A stretch of DNA of 64,000 nucleotides, from NCBI GenBank assembly GCA_964019335.1, contig OZ025750.1:62001-126000 (forward strand), given 5' to 3'. This DNA comes from Diplonema japonicum (taxonomy: Eukaryota; Protista; Euglenozoa: Diplonemea). Below the pieces are notes generated by a model. That model worked only from the letters and a program-made list of their open reading frames with translations, ran no database searches and was not told the DNA's origin. Of the stretch, positions 53,017 to 63,666 are shown one piece after another. The translations under genes and the position numbers were made by a program. Position 1 is the first letter of the stretch, and each line of letters opens with the position of its first letter.

Positions 53017-53195
53017 TAGGGCTATGCTGGCATGGAAACGCGTTTCCATGCATTTTTTGAAAAAAAGGGAAACGGAACGGAAACGTTTCCTTATGTTTCC
53101 TTAAGAAGGAAACGCGTTTCCATAAGAATTTTGAAAAGTATGGAAACGGGAACGGAAACGGAAACGTTTCCACGTTTCCTGCCAGCATAGCCCTA
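53017..53195. mobile_element. MITE with 16-bp perfect TIR TAGGGCTATGCTGGCA and internal GGAAACG repeats
   Basis: TAGGGCTATGCTGGCA ... TGCCAGCATAGCCCTA. The interior is rich in GGAAAC/GTTTCC motifs. Confidence 0.88.
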
Positions 53196-53820
53196 GGGGG
53201 GGTCACATGGGGGTGGTAAAGTGGGTTTTTTCAAATTCGGAAATGCAGAGCACTGGAGCCGCTTAAACCATGTAAAACACCCCTTTCTCAACCAAAAAAT
53301 CGATTTCCGCCCGGTACTTTTCACTTTTGGGCACCTACAAGGCATTATTTTGCATTTTTAAAAAAAGGTGACCACGGTTTGGTACCTGGCCTGTTGTCTC
53401 CCCTGTAGTTTCTGAATTTTCTGAAAATTTTAGAATTTGACCAGGTTTGTTCCACCCTTTGAATGCGGCTCTTTAGGACGCCGCTACCGTTTGAACGGCA
53501 GAGTACAGTCTTACATCGCCCGATTGTGAATTTTTCTGTGTTTTGCGCGGCATTTCTGATGAATATTTATCATTTTCTCGAGGTTAGGAGTAAGTTTGTT
53601 TTTGCAAAGATTTCAGGTACCAAACCGTGGTCACTGTTTTCAAAAATACAGATAAAGTATTAACAAGTGCTCAGAAATGCTCTAATCTGGCGAATTTTGA
53701 TTTTTTTGGTTAATTTGGAGGGTATTGGGCGGTTTTTTTTACCTTTGGGGAAGAAATTTTAAAAAACTTTTTTTTTCACGTTTAACCACGTTTTTTAGGA
53801 CCGTGTGACCCCCCCCCCTA
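53194..53820. mobile_element. MITE with TIR (TA)GGGGGGGTCACAYGG, abutting the previous MITE
   Basis: TAGGGGGGGTCACATGG ... CCGTGTGACCCCCCCCCCTA. Internal inverted pair GTGACCACGGTTTGGTACCTG / CAGGTACCAAACCGTGGTCAC. Confidence 0.78.
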
Positions 53821-54136
53821 CCCCCCCTGTCCCTCTCCAAAAACTTCTAAGTGGCACTTCCTCCTCTTTTGTTTAATTCAAGACTCTCGATGGATAGAAT
53901 TTCCTCATCGTGCCACTTTTTTTTTTTTTTTTTTTTTTAATACTCCTTAACTGTAATGTGTGTCGAAAAAAAAAAAAAAAAAAATGTTTTCTATTTTCTT
54001 TCTCTGCCTCTCCACTTTTACTTTCTACGGCACCACAGGGTTTTTGCAAGGATGACCACTGTGTCACATGCGTGATAAAATCGAGGCAACCGTTTTTTTT
54101 TGGGGGGGGGTCGTAGAGGTATGAGAAAGAAGACAA

Positions 54137-54690
54137 CTTGACAGTCTGACCGCGACTCGAGACGCGCTCTGCCTACGGGTAGTGACAGTACTCAACTTTA
54201 CCTCCCTCCCCTTCTAGAAAGTGATGGTACAGGTCGCCTACCCATGGCGGAAGAACGCTTTTTTTCAAGAACATCCAGTACCGTCGGACAAGGACTTCGG
54301 CAGGGGAGTCCTACGGGAGTACACGAAGGAGGTGCTGAGGTGGATACGGCAACTGCGCTGGTATGCAGGCAGCAGGAACACGTCAGTGTCGACGGTGGAG
54401 CTGGCACTGGATTTCGAGAACGTGACCGGGAAGACCCTGGGAGGGAAGCTGGGGGAACTCGCAGAAGTACAGCAGAAAGCGAGGAGATTGCATGGACTGA
54501 TGAAGAAGATCTGGCACACATGGGAGCTAGGGAGGGTACTGAAGAAGGTGATAGGAAGGAGGGCCTTCCCAGCTGAGCCGTGCACACTACGCACCAAAGG
54601 AGGAGAAACAGCTGCTGAAAGGGGATAGGTGCAGGTAGAGGATGAGAACAAGGGGGCGTCTCACAAAGACTTCCTTTAACTCATATATTT
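54137..54690 (+). mobile_element. 5'-truncated 3' fragment of the second non-LTR family (longer copy)
   Basis: Encodes YPW...EVLRWIRQLRW...VSTVELALDFENVTG. Near-identical to 24381-24851 apart from an internal deletion. Same 3' end. Confidence 0.72.
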
Positions 54691-57298
54691 TTTATTTTTC
54701 TTTTTTTATATTATTACACCTTTATTAGGTTTTCTTTTTTTTTAAAACTCTTGTTTAAAAGCGAGAAAAAGAGAAAACGAAACAAACATACCCCCCCCCT
54801 CCCCCCCAAGAGGAACATGACAAAATGCAAAAAAAAAAAAACGAACTAAAGGGGCCCCCCGAATAATCCCTTTATTTGGGCAGTGGAGGGGGGGTGTTAG
54901 GGCTCCAAAAAAAAAAAAGAATTATTTAGAATACATTTGGGCTGGGGAGCACATGGAAAGCAGGGAGCGGGGCTTAGAGCATTTCGAAAATCTTAACATG
55001 CCAAATCGTGCCAAGATTTTTTTCATGCCCTTTTTTTTTTTCCAAGGGAAATTTTAACAGTTTTTCTCCCAGGCTGTGGAGAACCCACAAACGTTGCAGA
55101 CAAGGTACTGTTGCTGGGAGGTTGCGGGGGTCTGAGAGGCTTGAGAAACTGTCAGAGCTTGAGAAGCTGCAAGGGCTTGGGAGGCTGCTGGAGTCTCGTC
55201 AGGTGTAGTGTCCATTGTGACACCCGCAACAACGTTCTGTGCTGCACTGTCTAAACTTCGCTAGGTGCGCTTAGCTGTGTGGCCTCCTCGGAACTACCTG
55301 GAAGGTAGCCGCGAGATCGCATACAGCTAAAGGTGTCGAGCAGTTGCATGACCTGTGCCTGCCCTACCCACAGTGCCACGTTGATTCGGCACTGCTGCAG
55401 TCATCAACGTCCCGCCTCGGCTGCTTGGGGCATGCCGCAGCCCCCCCTAACCCCTCAAAATGGCGGGAGGTCTGAATTGCCGGTACCACACAGAAGCAGC
55501 TTCACAATACGTACTTTTCCTTTTCAATCGATTGTTATATTTGTACTTATAAAATATAGCGCGCATTCGACGGCACTGGTCAAGCGACTGGCACCTTCCG
55601 AAGAAGGGCCTCCCACGTCCGCCGGGTTGAGCAGAGGATGCCCCGGGGCGGCCGTTCCAGTCTGATCATGTCGCACTATAATATATTTCTCATCTTCTAG
55701 AAGAAAATGGGGTTTTTGCCCTCGTAGCTCGCCGGGCCAGCACTCTTACTTGCGTAAGCAGCCTCACACGCTTTGGGATCTTGCTCAGGAATGGAATATT
55801 GACATTGCGGGCCATGAAAGAAAGCAAACACCGGAAAAGTTGTCAACACATGAATCCACGTGCCCTTCCGGCAACGCAGAAGCACGCGGGCCACCCACAA
55901 AGCGCCTTCGAACTAAGTGGTTCCGTGAAATTTTGAACCGTTCATTACGAACCATCTAGCTTCTTGCGTTAAGAAAAATAGTCGGTAGTAAGTGCCCAAA
56001 AAGTGCCCAAAACCAGGCGGAAATCGACTTTTTGGTCAAAAAAGGGGTGTCATAATGGGTTAGGTAGGCTAGTACCCTGCACAGGCTAACTGAGAAAAGC
56101 CCGTTGCACGACCACCATGTGACCCCCCGACCCCGGTCCCCAAAAAAAAAAAGAAAGGGGGTCGGGAATTATTTGGGAGCGGAAAAATCCCCGAAAAACT
56201 AGTTTGGCGCTTCTTTTGTTTGTGTCGCACGAGCGGAATTCTACCTAATAAAATAGCTCATTACGCTGCCATCAACTAGTTTTTAGTCTCGACAATAATA
56301 TTGTTTTAAAACAAAAAAAAAAAAAAGAATTATTTGGGAAAAAACACATTATTTGGGAAGGAATTATTCGGGCCCCCCCCTTTATTACCTTTTTTTTTTT
56401 TATCGAAGGGAAATATTAATGTGTGATATTAATGTCTAGAACTTTTTTATTCTTTTTTGAGATTAATGGAGAGACAAAGCTGCGGAAACCTCTCAAGCAA
56501 AAAAAAGAAAAGGGAAAGTCTTTTGCTTTTTTTTTTTTTATTAGGGCGCCGCCAACACCGGCCTCCTTTAACTCATATATATATATATATTTTTTTTTTT
56601 TAGATTTCCTCCTTTTTTTTTTTTCTTTTCTCGTTTTTGTTTTTCTTCCCCATATGAGCCAATCCTTTACTGGGTACGTTTGGCTGGATTCTTTTTTTTT
56701 TTTGTTTTTTTAGAACTTATTCCGTAGTGAGTAGTGAGGTTTGTTTCTTTCCCCCCCCCCCCCCCCTTCCCCACTGTAGTTTCTCTAAAAAGGAAAAAAA
56801 GATATGCCCAAAACTCATTCGCATCCTGTTTTATTTTATTTTAACCCTGACGGGCGAAGGAAAAAAAAAAGAAAAAAGGCCCTCACAGTTTCTCTTCTTC
56901 CTCTTTCTCCTATTCCCTCTCTTGTTGTTTTTTTTTTCTCTTTTAATAGCTACCAATGTATCCGAGAGACTCTAAAGAAAAAAAGGAAAAAAAGAAAAGA
57001 CACTTTCTCTAATGCTAGACTCCCTATGGAACCGATAGTAAAATTCATGTTTAACTCATGATATCGGTGTCGTGCCCCCTCCCATTGGAGTCTCCACGAC
57101 TCATCAAGTCTTTCAATTGTAAGTACATTTTATATTACTTTTTTAAAAGCTTTTTTTTTTTTTTTTTTTTTTTGTCGAGGCCGACCCCCGTCCCCCGCAT
57201 TTTTACTTCTTCCCTCCCCCCCCCCCCCCTTTTACGTCTTGAAAAAAAAAAAAGAAAAAAAAAAGTGGTGGTGGGGGGTCAGAAAAAAAAAAAAAACC

Positions 57299-59686
57299 AT
57301 GTGTTACCCTCGCACCCTTTTCGTAATAATATTCCTGGCGACACAATACCTACAGTGCACAAAGGCGCAAACAGTTGTAGGGAGGTATGCAGGGGGCTTC
57401 GCCACCCAGTACGCCCTCCACCCCGATGGCGACATCGTGTACATAGCTGACGGCCCTCATGGAGTAGCAGTGGTGGATGTCAGCAGAGTCCCAAACGCTT
57501 CCAACCCGGGAAATGCAGCCATCTTGAAGGGAAATATACTGGGCATCGACGCGCAGGCCATTGCCTACGACAGCGATGCCTTGTACATTGTAGGCAGCGC
57601 TGCTGTTCTGTACAAGTATGACGTATCCACAAAGACAGCCCCTGTGAAGATGGGGGAATCCGCACCAGACCAGAAGGGTTTTGCAAGTGCAGTCACACTG
57701 CTCCCCGGGGGTACCCGGGCCTACACGTGCCATGAAGGAGGTATATCTGAGTACGATGTGACAGGGGCTACACCGGTGTACATCGCCAACACCATCACAC
57801 CCCCAAAGTGCTACAACTTAGCTATCAACGCCGCCCACAGGCGGTTGTACGCATTGGTTCAAGACTCTGCTGTGGACTTCATCGACATGTACCCCATAGG
57901 GCCTGTCGACGAGATTGTTGCCGTGGGTGCTTACAACGACCTCCCCGACCCTGGGGTCTCGCTGTCGGTTTCGTCCGACGGGGCAACATGCTTCGTGACA
58001 ACCAGCTCCAATGCCTTCTTCATGCTGCTATGCAACGAAACCGGGACTTCGGTGTGGACGGAGGTCAACACAACGCATCAAGGACTTGCCGGCATCGCAC
58101 GCTTCGACCCTGGCGATCGTACCTTCGCAACTACTGGAGACGGGCAGGTTGTTGTTTACGACATGAAGCCTTCCACCGACTATATTGGGTACTCTAGCGG
58201 GGCGGTCATTGGCGGTGTTGGACAGAAGGGTGTCGGCCTGCACGGCACACACCTCTACATGTGCATGGGGAATTACGGGCTTGTTATTGTTGATGTTTCT
58301 GCCCAGATGACGCCGCCTCAAGCCACTCCTTTCCCCTCGACGCCTGCACCCGACACACATCCACCGGTGACGCTAGCTCCGGATACCTTGCCTCCTGGCA
58401 CATTGCCTCCTTCGACAGGTGCTCCAGACACTCCAGCGCCTTCCACTGCTGTGCCAATTCGATCAGATGCTCCCAGAGCTGTGGCGCTTTCTTCTTCTCC
58501 TGCCACCTTTGCGCCGCTGACAGCAACGCCGACAGCAGCTCCTGGGACAGAGGCCCCAGCAGTGGTGAAGGAGGAGCAGATCAACACAGCAGGGTCGGTG
58601 GCAGCAGTCACATCTGTTGCAGCGGCCGGTGCAGCGGCAGGGGCAGCAACACGTCTCGTTGTCGTGAGCCAAGGGTGTCTCTTGAACGGGAAGCAGAAGC
58701 TCCCTCGTGCACTGCACCCCACACAGATGGAGGTGTGGGGGTCTGAAACCGCGGGAATGGTGATCGGGAACTTCGCCATCATCGCCGGGTTCACTGCCCT
58801 GTGCTTTGTGGTGCTGCAGGTGGCCTCTCGTTGGGGTTTGGCTGTGTTGCCGAAGTTGTTGAAGAACCTCGACACCCAAGGCCTTCTTCGCTTCCCCTCC
58901 GCACCTCTGTTCGTGTTCCAGCTTCTGTACCAAGGGACCACACTCGGGTCGATCCACCTCCTCGCGCAGCCACCACACACAGGGGGCTTCCTTGTTGGGG
59001 CAGTGTCGATGTGTGTGTGCATCGCTGTTCCACTTTATGTGTTCCGTGTGATGACACGCGACGTCCCTTGGACAGGGGTGTACATGCCGGAGACAGACTG
59101 TGGGCAGGTTCGGGCCCTGTTCCTTGGCCCCGGTGAGTGGGTCTCAACGACCCCCATGAACCACTGGATAAACAGGTACGGGTCGGTGGTGCGGACCTAC
59201 AGGCAGGAGGCGGCATGGTTCTCCATCATCGAGTTCTCGGCGAGTCTTGCGATATCGGGGATACAGGCGGCGGAGACAGACACGTACACAGGGTGCGGGC
59301 ACAAGAAGGTCTTCACGGCTATCATCTTCTTCATAATGTTGGCTGTGGAGGCGGTGGTGTGGCCTCATGCAAGGCCAAGGGATAATGCGACAGACTTCAC
59401 GATGCTCGGGGTGCAAGGGACAGCGATGCTCCTGATGTCAGTGGGGTACTATGAGGGGACGACTGTTCATTGGACTTTCGATGTGGCTTCGGACCTTCTA
59501 ATGGCGTCTGTGGTGGTGCTTCTTGTGAAGGTTGCGATGGATCTGTGCAGCGAAGGGTACATCTTCTTCTCGGGGAGGCGGCAGGCTCTACAAGATTCTA
59601 CGTTTTCGTGCAATACGCCTTACTTGTCATCTTTCTCTTTCAGCAACCTTTCAGCCACCTGTGACACCCTTGATATTGAACTTTGA
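57299..59686 (+). CDS. Surface receptor family copy 6 (start ATG 57299; shortest stalk, short tail lacking RRxSLP)
   Basis: Signal peptide MCYPRTLFVIIFLATQYLQCTKAQ, propeller, stalk of about 85 aa. TM-module DNA 58580-59223 matches copy 5 (50874-51517). Confidence 0.9.
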   Translation: MCYPRTLFVIIFLATQYLQCTKAQTVVGRYAGGFATQYALHPDGDIVYIADGPHGVAVVDVSRVPNASNPGNAAILKGNILGIDAQAIAYDSDALYIVGSAAVLYKYDVSTKTAPVKMGESAPDQKGFASAVTLLPGGTRAYTCHEGGISEYDVTGATPVYIANTITPPKCYNLAINAAHRRLYALVQDSAVDFIDMYPIGPVDEIVAVGAYNDLPDPGVSLSVSSDGATCFVTTSSNAFFMLLCNETGTSVWTEVNTTHQGLAGIARFDPGDRTFATTGDGQVVVYDMKPSTDYIGYSSGAVIGGVGQKGVGLHGTHLYMCMGNYGLVIVDVSAQMTPPQATPFPSTPAPDTHPPVTLAPDTLPPGTLPPSTGAPDTPAPSTAVPIRSDAPRAVALSSSPATFAPLTATPTAAPGTEAPAVVKEEQINTAGSVAAVTSVAAAGAAAGAATRLVVVSQGCLLNGKQKLPRALHPTQMEVWGSETAGMVIGNFAIIAGFTALCFVVLQVASRWGLAVLPKLLKNLDTQGLLRFPSAPLFVFQLLYQGTTLGSIHLLAQPPHTGGFLVGAVSMCVCIAVPLYVFRVMTRDVPWTGVYMPETDCGQVRALFLGPGEWVSTTPMNHWINRYGSVVRTYRQEAAWFSIIEFSASLAISGIQAAETDTYTGCGHKKVFTAIIFFIMLAVEAVVWPHARPRDNATDFTMLGVQGTAMLLMSVGYYEGTTVHWTFDVASDLLMASVVVLLVKVAMDLCSEGYIFFSGRRQALQDSTFSCNTPYLSSFSFSNLSATCDTLDIEL

Positions 59687-60460
59687 TGCCTTTCTGTTTC
59701 CCTTTTCTTTTCTTTTTTATTTTTTTCTTTGGCCAGAGGCCGTCCGCTGTGCCAAAGCAAGAAAAGTAGGGTGCAGTATTCTCATTTTTATTATAAGTAT
59801 TTAAATCTTTTTTTTTTTTTTTTTTTTTTTTTTGCGACTAATTAATTTCTTGTTAAAACACTACAATTGTTGAAAGAATAATGAGTAAATTCATATATTA
59901 TATATTAGATAGAATAACGCCCGTCGACATCAACATAGTGTGCCAAACTAGTTTTCTTTTTTTTTTTTTTTTTTTTTTTTTTCATACAGTTCCTACGGTA
60001 CCACACGGATGTGCATTTGGGATCGATGTTTGTGGGACCCACCAGTGTCCATTTGGATTGGACAAAGAAGGGAAATAAAACGGTGACATTAAGGCCAACC
60101 ACAGCCTGCCTCAATGAGACATTTCTATTACTGTTGACACCACCACATCCAAAATCTTTTTCGGTTTTATTTTTTAAAGCCCGGTGGTCTGATAGAATGA
60201 ACTGTATCAACCTATTTCTACACTCTCCCCCCCCCTTTTTTTTGTTTCTTTTTTTTTGTCTTAACAATATTATTGTCGAGACTAAAAACTAGTTTGATGG
60301 CAGCGTAATGAGCTAATTTTATTAGGTAAAACTCCGCTCGTGCGACACAAACAAATGAAGCGTCAAACTAGTTTTTTTTTTTTTTTTTGTTTTGTTTCTT
60401 ATTTCACGATATTGAAAGATATTTGTTTTTTTTTTTTTTTTTTTTTTTTTCTTTCTTTTT

Positions 60461-60885
60461 TTAATTTCACTCTTCGTCATTTTCTTCACTCACTAGTGGC
60501 CTCATAATTTAACGCGAAATGGCCATTATTTAACTAGTTAAGTCGTGGGATTTTGGAGTGGAAAAATAGGTGTCATCGTGGAAGAAGAAATGTCCCAGCC
60601 CCTTGAAGATTCTTTTTGGGGATGGTATTTTGACTATTTTCGGCCCTTAAAAGTGGGAATGCCACGGCGAAATAGGCTGGCCTGCGTGAAAAGAAGAGCA
60701 GTGAAAGCAGTGAATGGTGAGTGACTCAAAATGACGAAGAGTGAAATAAAAACTACTTACTTGCTGCCAAATGAGCCATTATTTAACACTCGTTACTGTT
60801 CCTTTGCACGAGGGCCCGCAGCAAGAAATTCGGCAAACTCGAGTTAAATAATGACTCATTATTTGTTGGCAATAAATAGTTATTA
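60461..60885 (-). mobile_element. Inverted copy of the bipartite hairpin + TIR element
   Basis: Reverse-complement match to 52511-52958, with the same TIRs. Confidence 0.78.
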
Positions 60886-61222
60886 TTATTTTTTTTTTTT
60901 TTAAAGCTGGGACCAAGCCACCCTAGCCAAGTCGAAGGAGTAGTTTCGACACTGTGGCTGTATACAAACAAGCTATGGCCATAGTGGCAAGGGACCTACG
61001 CAGGGTGGGCGTCTCACAAAGATTACTTTCAGATATTTCTTAAATTTAGTTTGTTTCCTTCCTCCGTTCTATATTATTCCCCCCCCCCTTTTTTTTCTTC
61101 TTCTTTTCTTGGGTGTTGTAATGATTACCTACCTTCCCAGATGACCTTTCAAAACAGAACATGTTTAAGTTTTTTTTTTTTTTTTTTTTTTTTCCCATTT
61201 CTTTGATTTCGTTTCCCAAGCT

Positions 61223-61255
<33 letters not shown>

Positions 61256-61334
61256 AAGATGAAGTTTTAAGTCATCACCTCGGGCTGATCGAACCCCAGA
61301 CTATATTTCTTACTGGGGGCCCGCCCCGGGTTTG

Positions 61335-61770
61335 CAAAAAAACGGTAACGAGAGTTAAATAATGGCTCATTTGGCGGCAAGTAAGTAGTTTTTATTTCAC
61401 TCTTCGTCATTTGAGTCACTCACTCTTCACTGCTTTCACTGCTGTTTTTTTTTCACGCAGGTCAGCTTTTTGGGGATTTTCCTAAGGTAATACAGGGTAG
61501 CTATTTCGCCGTGGCATTTAAAGGGGAAGTAAGGCACTTATTCCCACTTTTAAGGGCTGGAATGGCCTCAGATGGCCAAAAATAGTCAAAATACCCCCAC
61601 CCCAAAAAGGTTTTTCAAGGGGTTGGGTGCATTTTTTCCACGGTGAGGCTCGTTTTTCCGCTCTATTACTTCACGGAAAACAGGCCATTATTTCACCGTG
61701 AAGTAATGAGATTTAGCGTGAAGTAATGGGCCCCCCAGTGCGTGAAGTAATTTCTGAAGAGTGAAATAAA
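61335..61770 (+). mobile_element. Chimeric copy of the bipartite element
   Basis: The left part matches ~52600-52850; the right ~105 bp match 41803-41910. Confidence 0.75.
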
Positions 61771-61800
61771 AAAAAAAAACTCGACTCATTTTTTTTTCTC

Positions 61801-61840
<40 letters not shown>

Positions 61841-62122
61841 TGGGCCGTTGCAAACCACTTCGTTTCCTGCAGGTAGTGAAAGAGATACAAAAGGGGGCGT
61901 CTCACCAAGACCTCCTTTAATCTCTTAAGGAAAAGAAAGTAGCGGAAGAATACCACTGTCCGGCTGCCTTTCTTTTTCTTGCTCTTATCTTGGTTTCAAT
62001 TTCTTTCTTTTTTTGGAGAAGGTTTTTGTAAACTCGAAACACGTGGCCAACGTTCCCCTTTTGTTTAGACAAGTCGAAAACTCGTTCTTGCAAAAAAAAA
62101 AAAAAAAAAAACTCTTTTCAAC

Positions 62123-62325
62123 AATGGATAATAACTATTTATTTAGTGAAAATAAGATCGTATGATTTTCACGCGTGGTGGCAGTGGTTTAACGAGTGGG
62201 TAGATGACTTTACGAGCGAAGCGAGTGCAGTCATGAATGTCTACTTCACGAGCGAAGCGAGTGAAGTAACATCAACGAGTTAAACATGCCACCACAAGTG
62301 AAAATCGGATCTATTTTCACTGAAT
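62123..62325. repeat. Palindromic element with two CGAGCGAAGCGAG motifs
   Basis: Arms AGTGAAAATAAGATC..GATTTTCAC..GTGGTGGCA..GTTTAAC and GTTAAAC.TGCCACCAC..GTGAAAATC.GATCTATTTTCACT. Confidence 0.72.
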
Positions 62326-63294
62326 CCGTAGGGTGGTCCTCGAGTGGGATTTGCCCTTAAACATCGCCTTTAACGTCAGTCAGATTTGAAAGGGTGGGGC
62401 ATTACAGGTTACAAGTTACAAGTTAAAATTTTACTGGGGGTGCTTATGGTTGATATTGATTGTCAAGGCATATGTGTGGTGCGGGCTGTGTGTCCATGAG
62501 TGCTGACAGGACCTCGGTCTGGACCTGTGGGGCTGCTGCCTGGGTTGCTGAGGTTGCCCCACTAGCAGCTGTCACCGCTGCTGGCTAGCCCACCTCTCTC
62601 CCCTTCTGTTGAGAGACGTAAAAAGTGAGATTCCCAGATTCGAACCGGGGTTTCCAAAACAAGGGGCCTGTGTGGTAACCACTTAGGTGATTTCTTTTCC
62701 GTGTTTGCGCCCCCAACCCCTGGCTGTGCAGTGAAAATAGGGCAAGCGTGAATATAAAGTACTTTATATTCACTCATAAAGTAATTTTCATTTCTGCCTG
62801 TTTTCTTCCTAAAACAATGTCTGAAATCTGCAATGAAAATAAAGTGAAGCGTGAAATAATGTGAAATATTATATTCACTCCCACCCTTGAAAATCTGACT
62901 GGAGTTAAATAAAAAAAAAAAACAAAAACAAAAACCAATACACATTATTCCTGACTCTCTCTTTATTGAGAATTAAGAAACTTCTTATTTACCCATTTCT
63001 TTTTTTGTGGTCGGGAAAAGTTCTCTCCAACCTGCTGGGACGCTAGTAGGAGCCATTGAAGGGTGCCTCTCGCCTGAAGAGGACAGCACCTGGAGGAGTC
63101 GCTAGATATGTCCGAACTAAGAGATACCTAGTACTGACCATACTTGTTCGCTTTTTTTTTTTTTTTTTCCCCCACTTGCAATATCATTTCAGATACCCCC
63201 TTCCCCTTTTTCTTGCATGTTAATTTGAATTTTTTTTTTTTTTTTTTTTTTTTTGGTGGGCCGTTGCTAACCACTTCGTTCCTATCATAGTGAT

Positions 63295-63326
<32 letters not shown>

Positions 63327-63666
63327 CCTTTGGCTCTCTCGCTTTTTCTCTTTTTTTTTTTTTTATTTACTTTCTTATTGACCTTTGGCTACCCAACCCT
63401 ACTCCCTTTTTTTTTTGGCGACCTGACACTCATAAGGAAAAAGGCAAGACAGCTGCATGGCCTGCTGGTGAGGCTGCAGGAGGGCTGGCAGGATAAGGAG
63501 GAAGGTCAGGGGAGAGCCATACCGGCGGAGCAACGGCGGAACCACGGTCTGAAGACCATAGGGGGGAGAAAGATCTTGGGCTCGGACAGAAGACCGCTGC
63601 ACGTCTCGGCGTTCCTTCCAGCTGGACGATAAGAAAACAAAGGAATCACAACAGAAAAAGAATAAC

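Noticed and set aside
54847-56384. Possible large TIR element (AAAGGGG..CCCGAATAAT ends) with short internal ORFs
   Set aside because: Short imperfect ends and no recognisable transposase motif in the internal ORFs.
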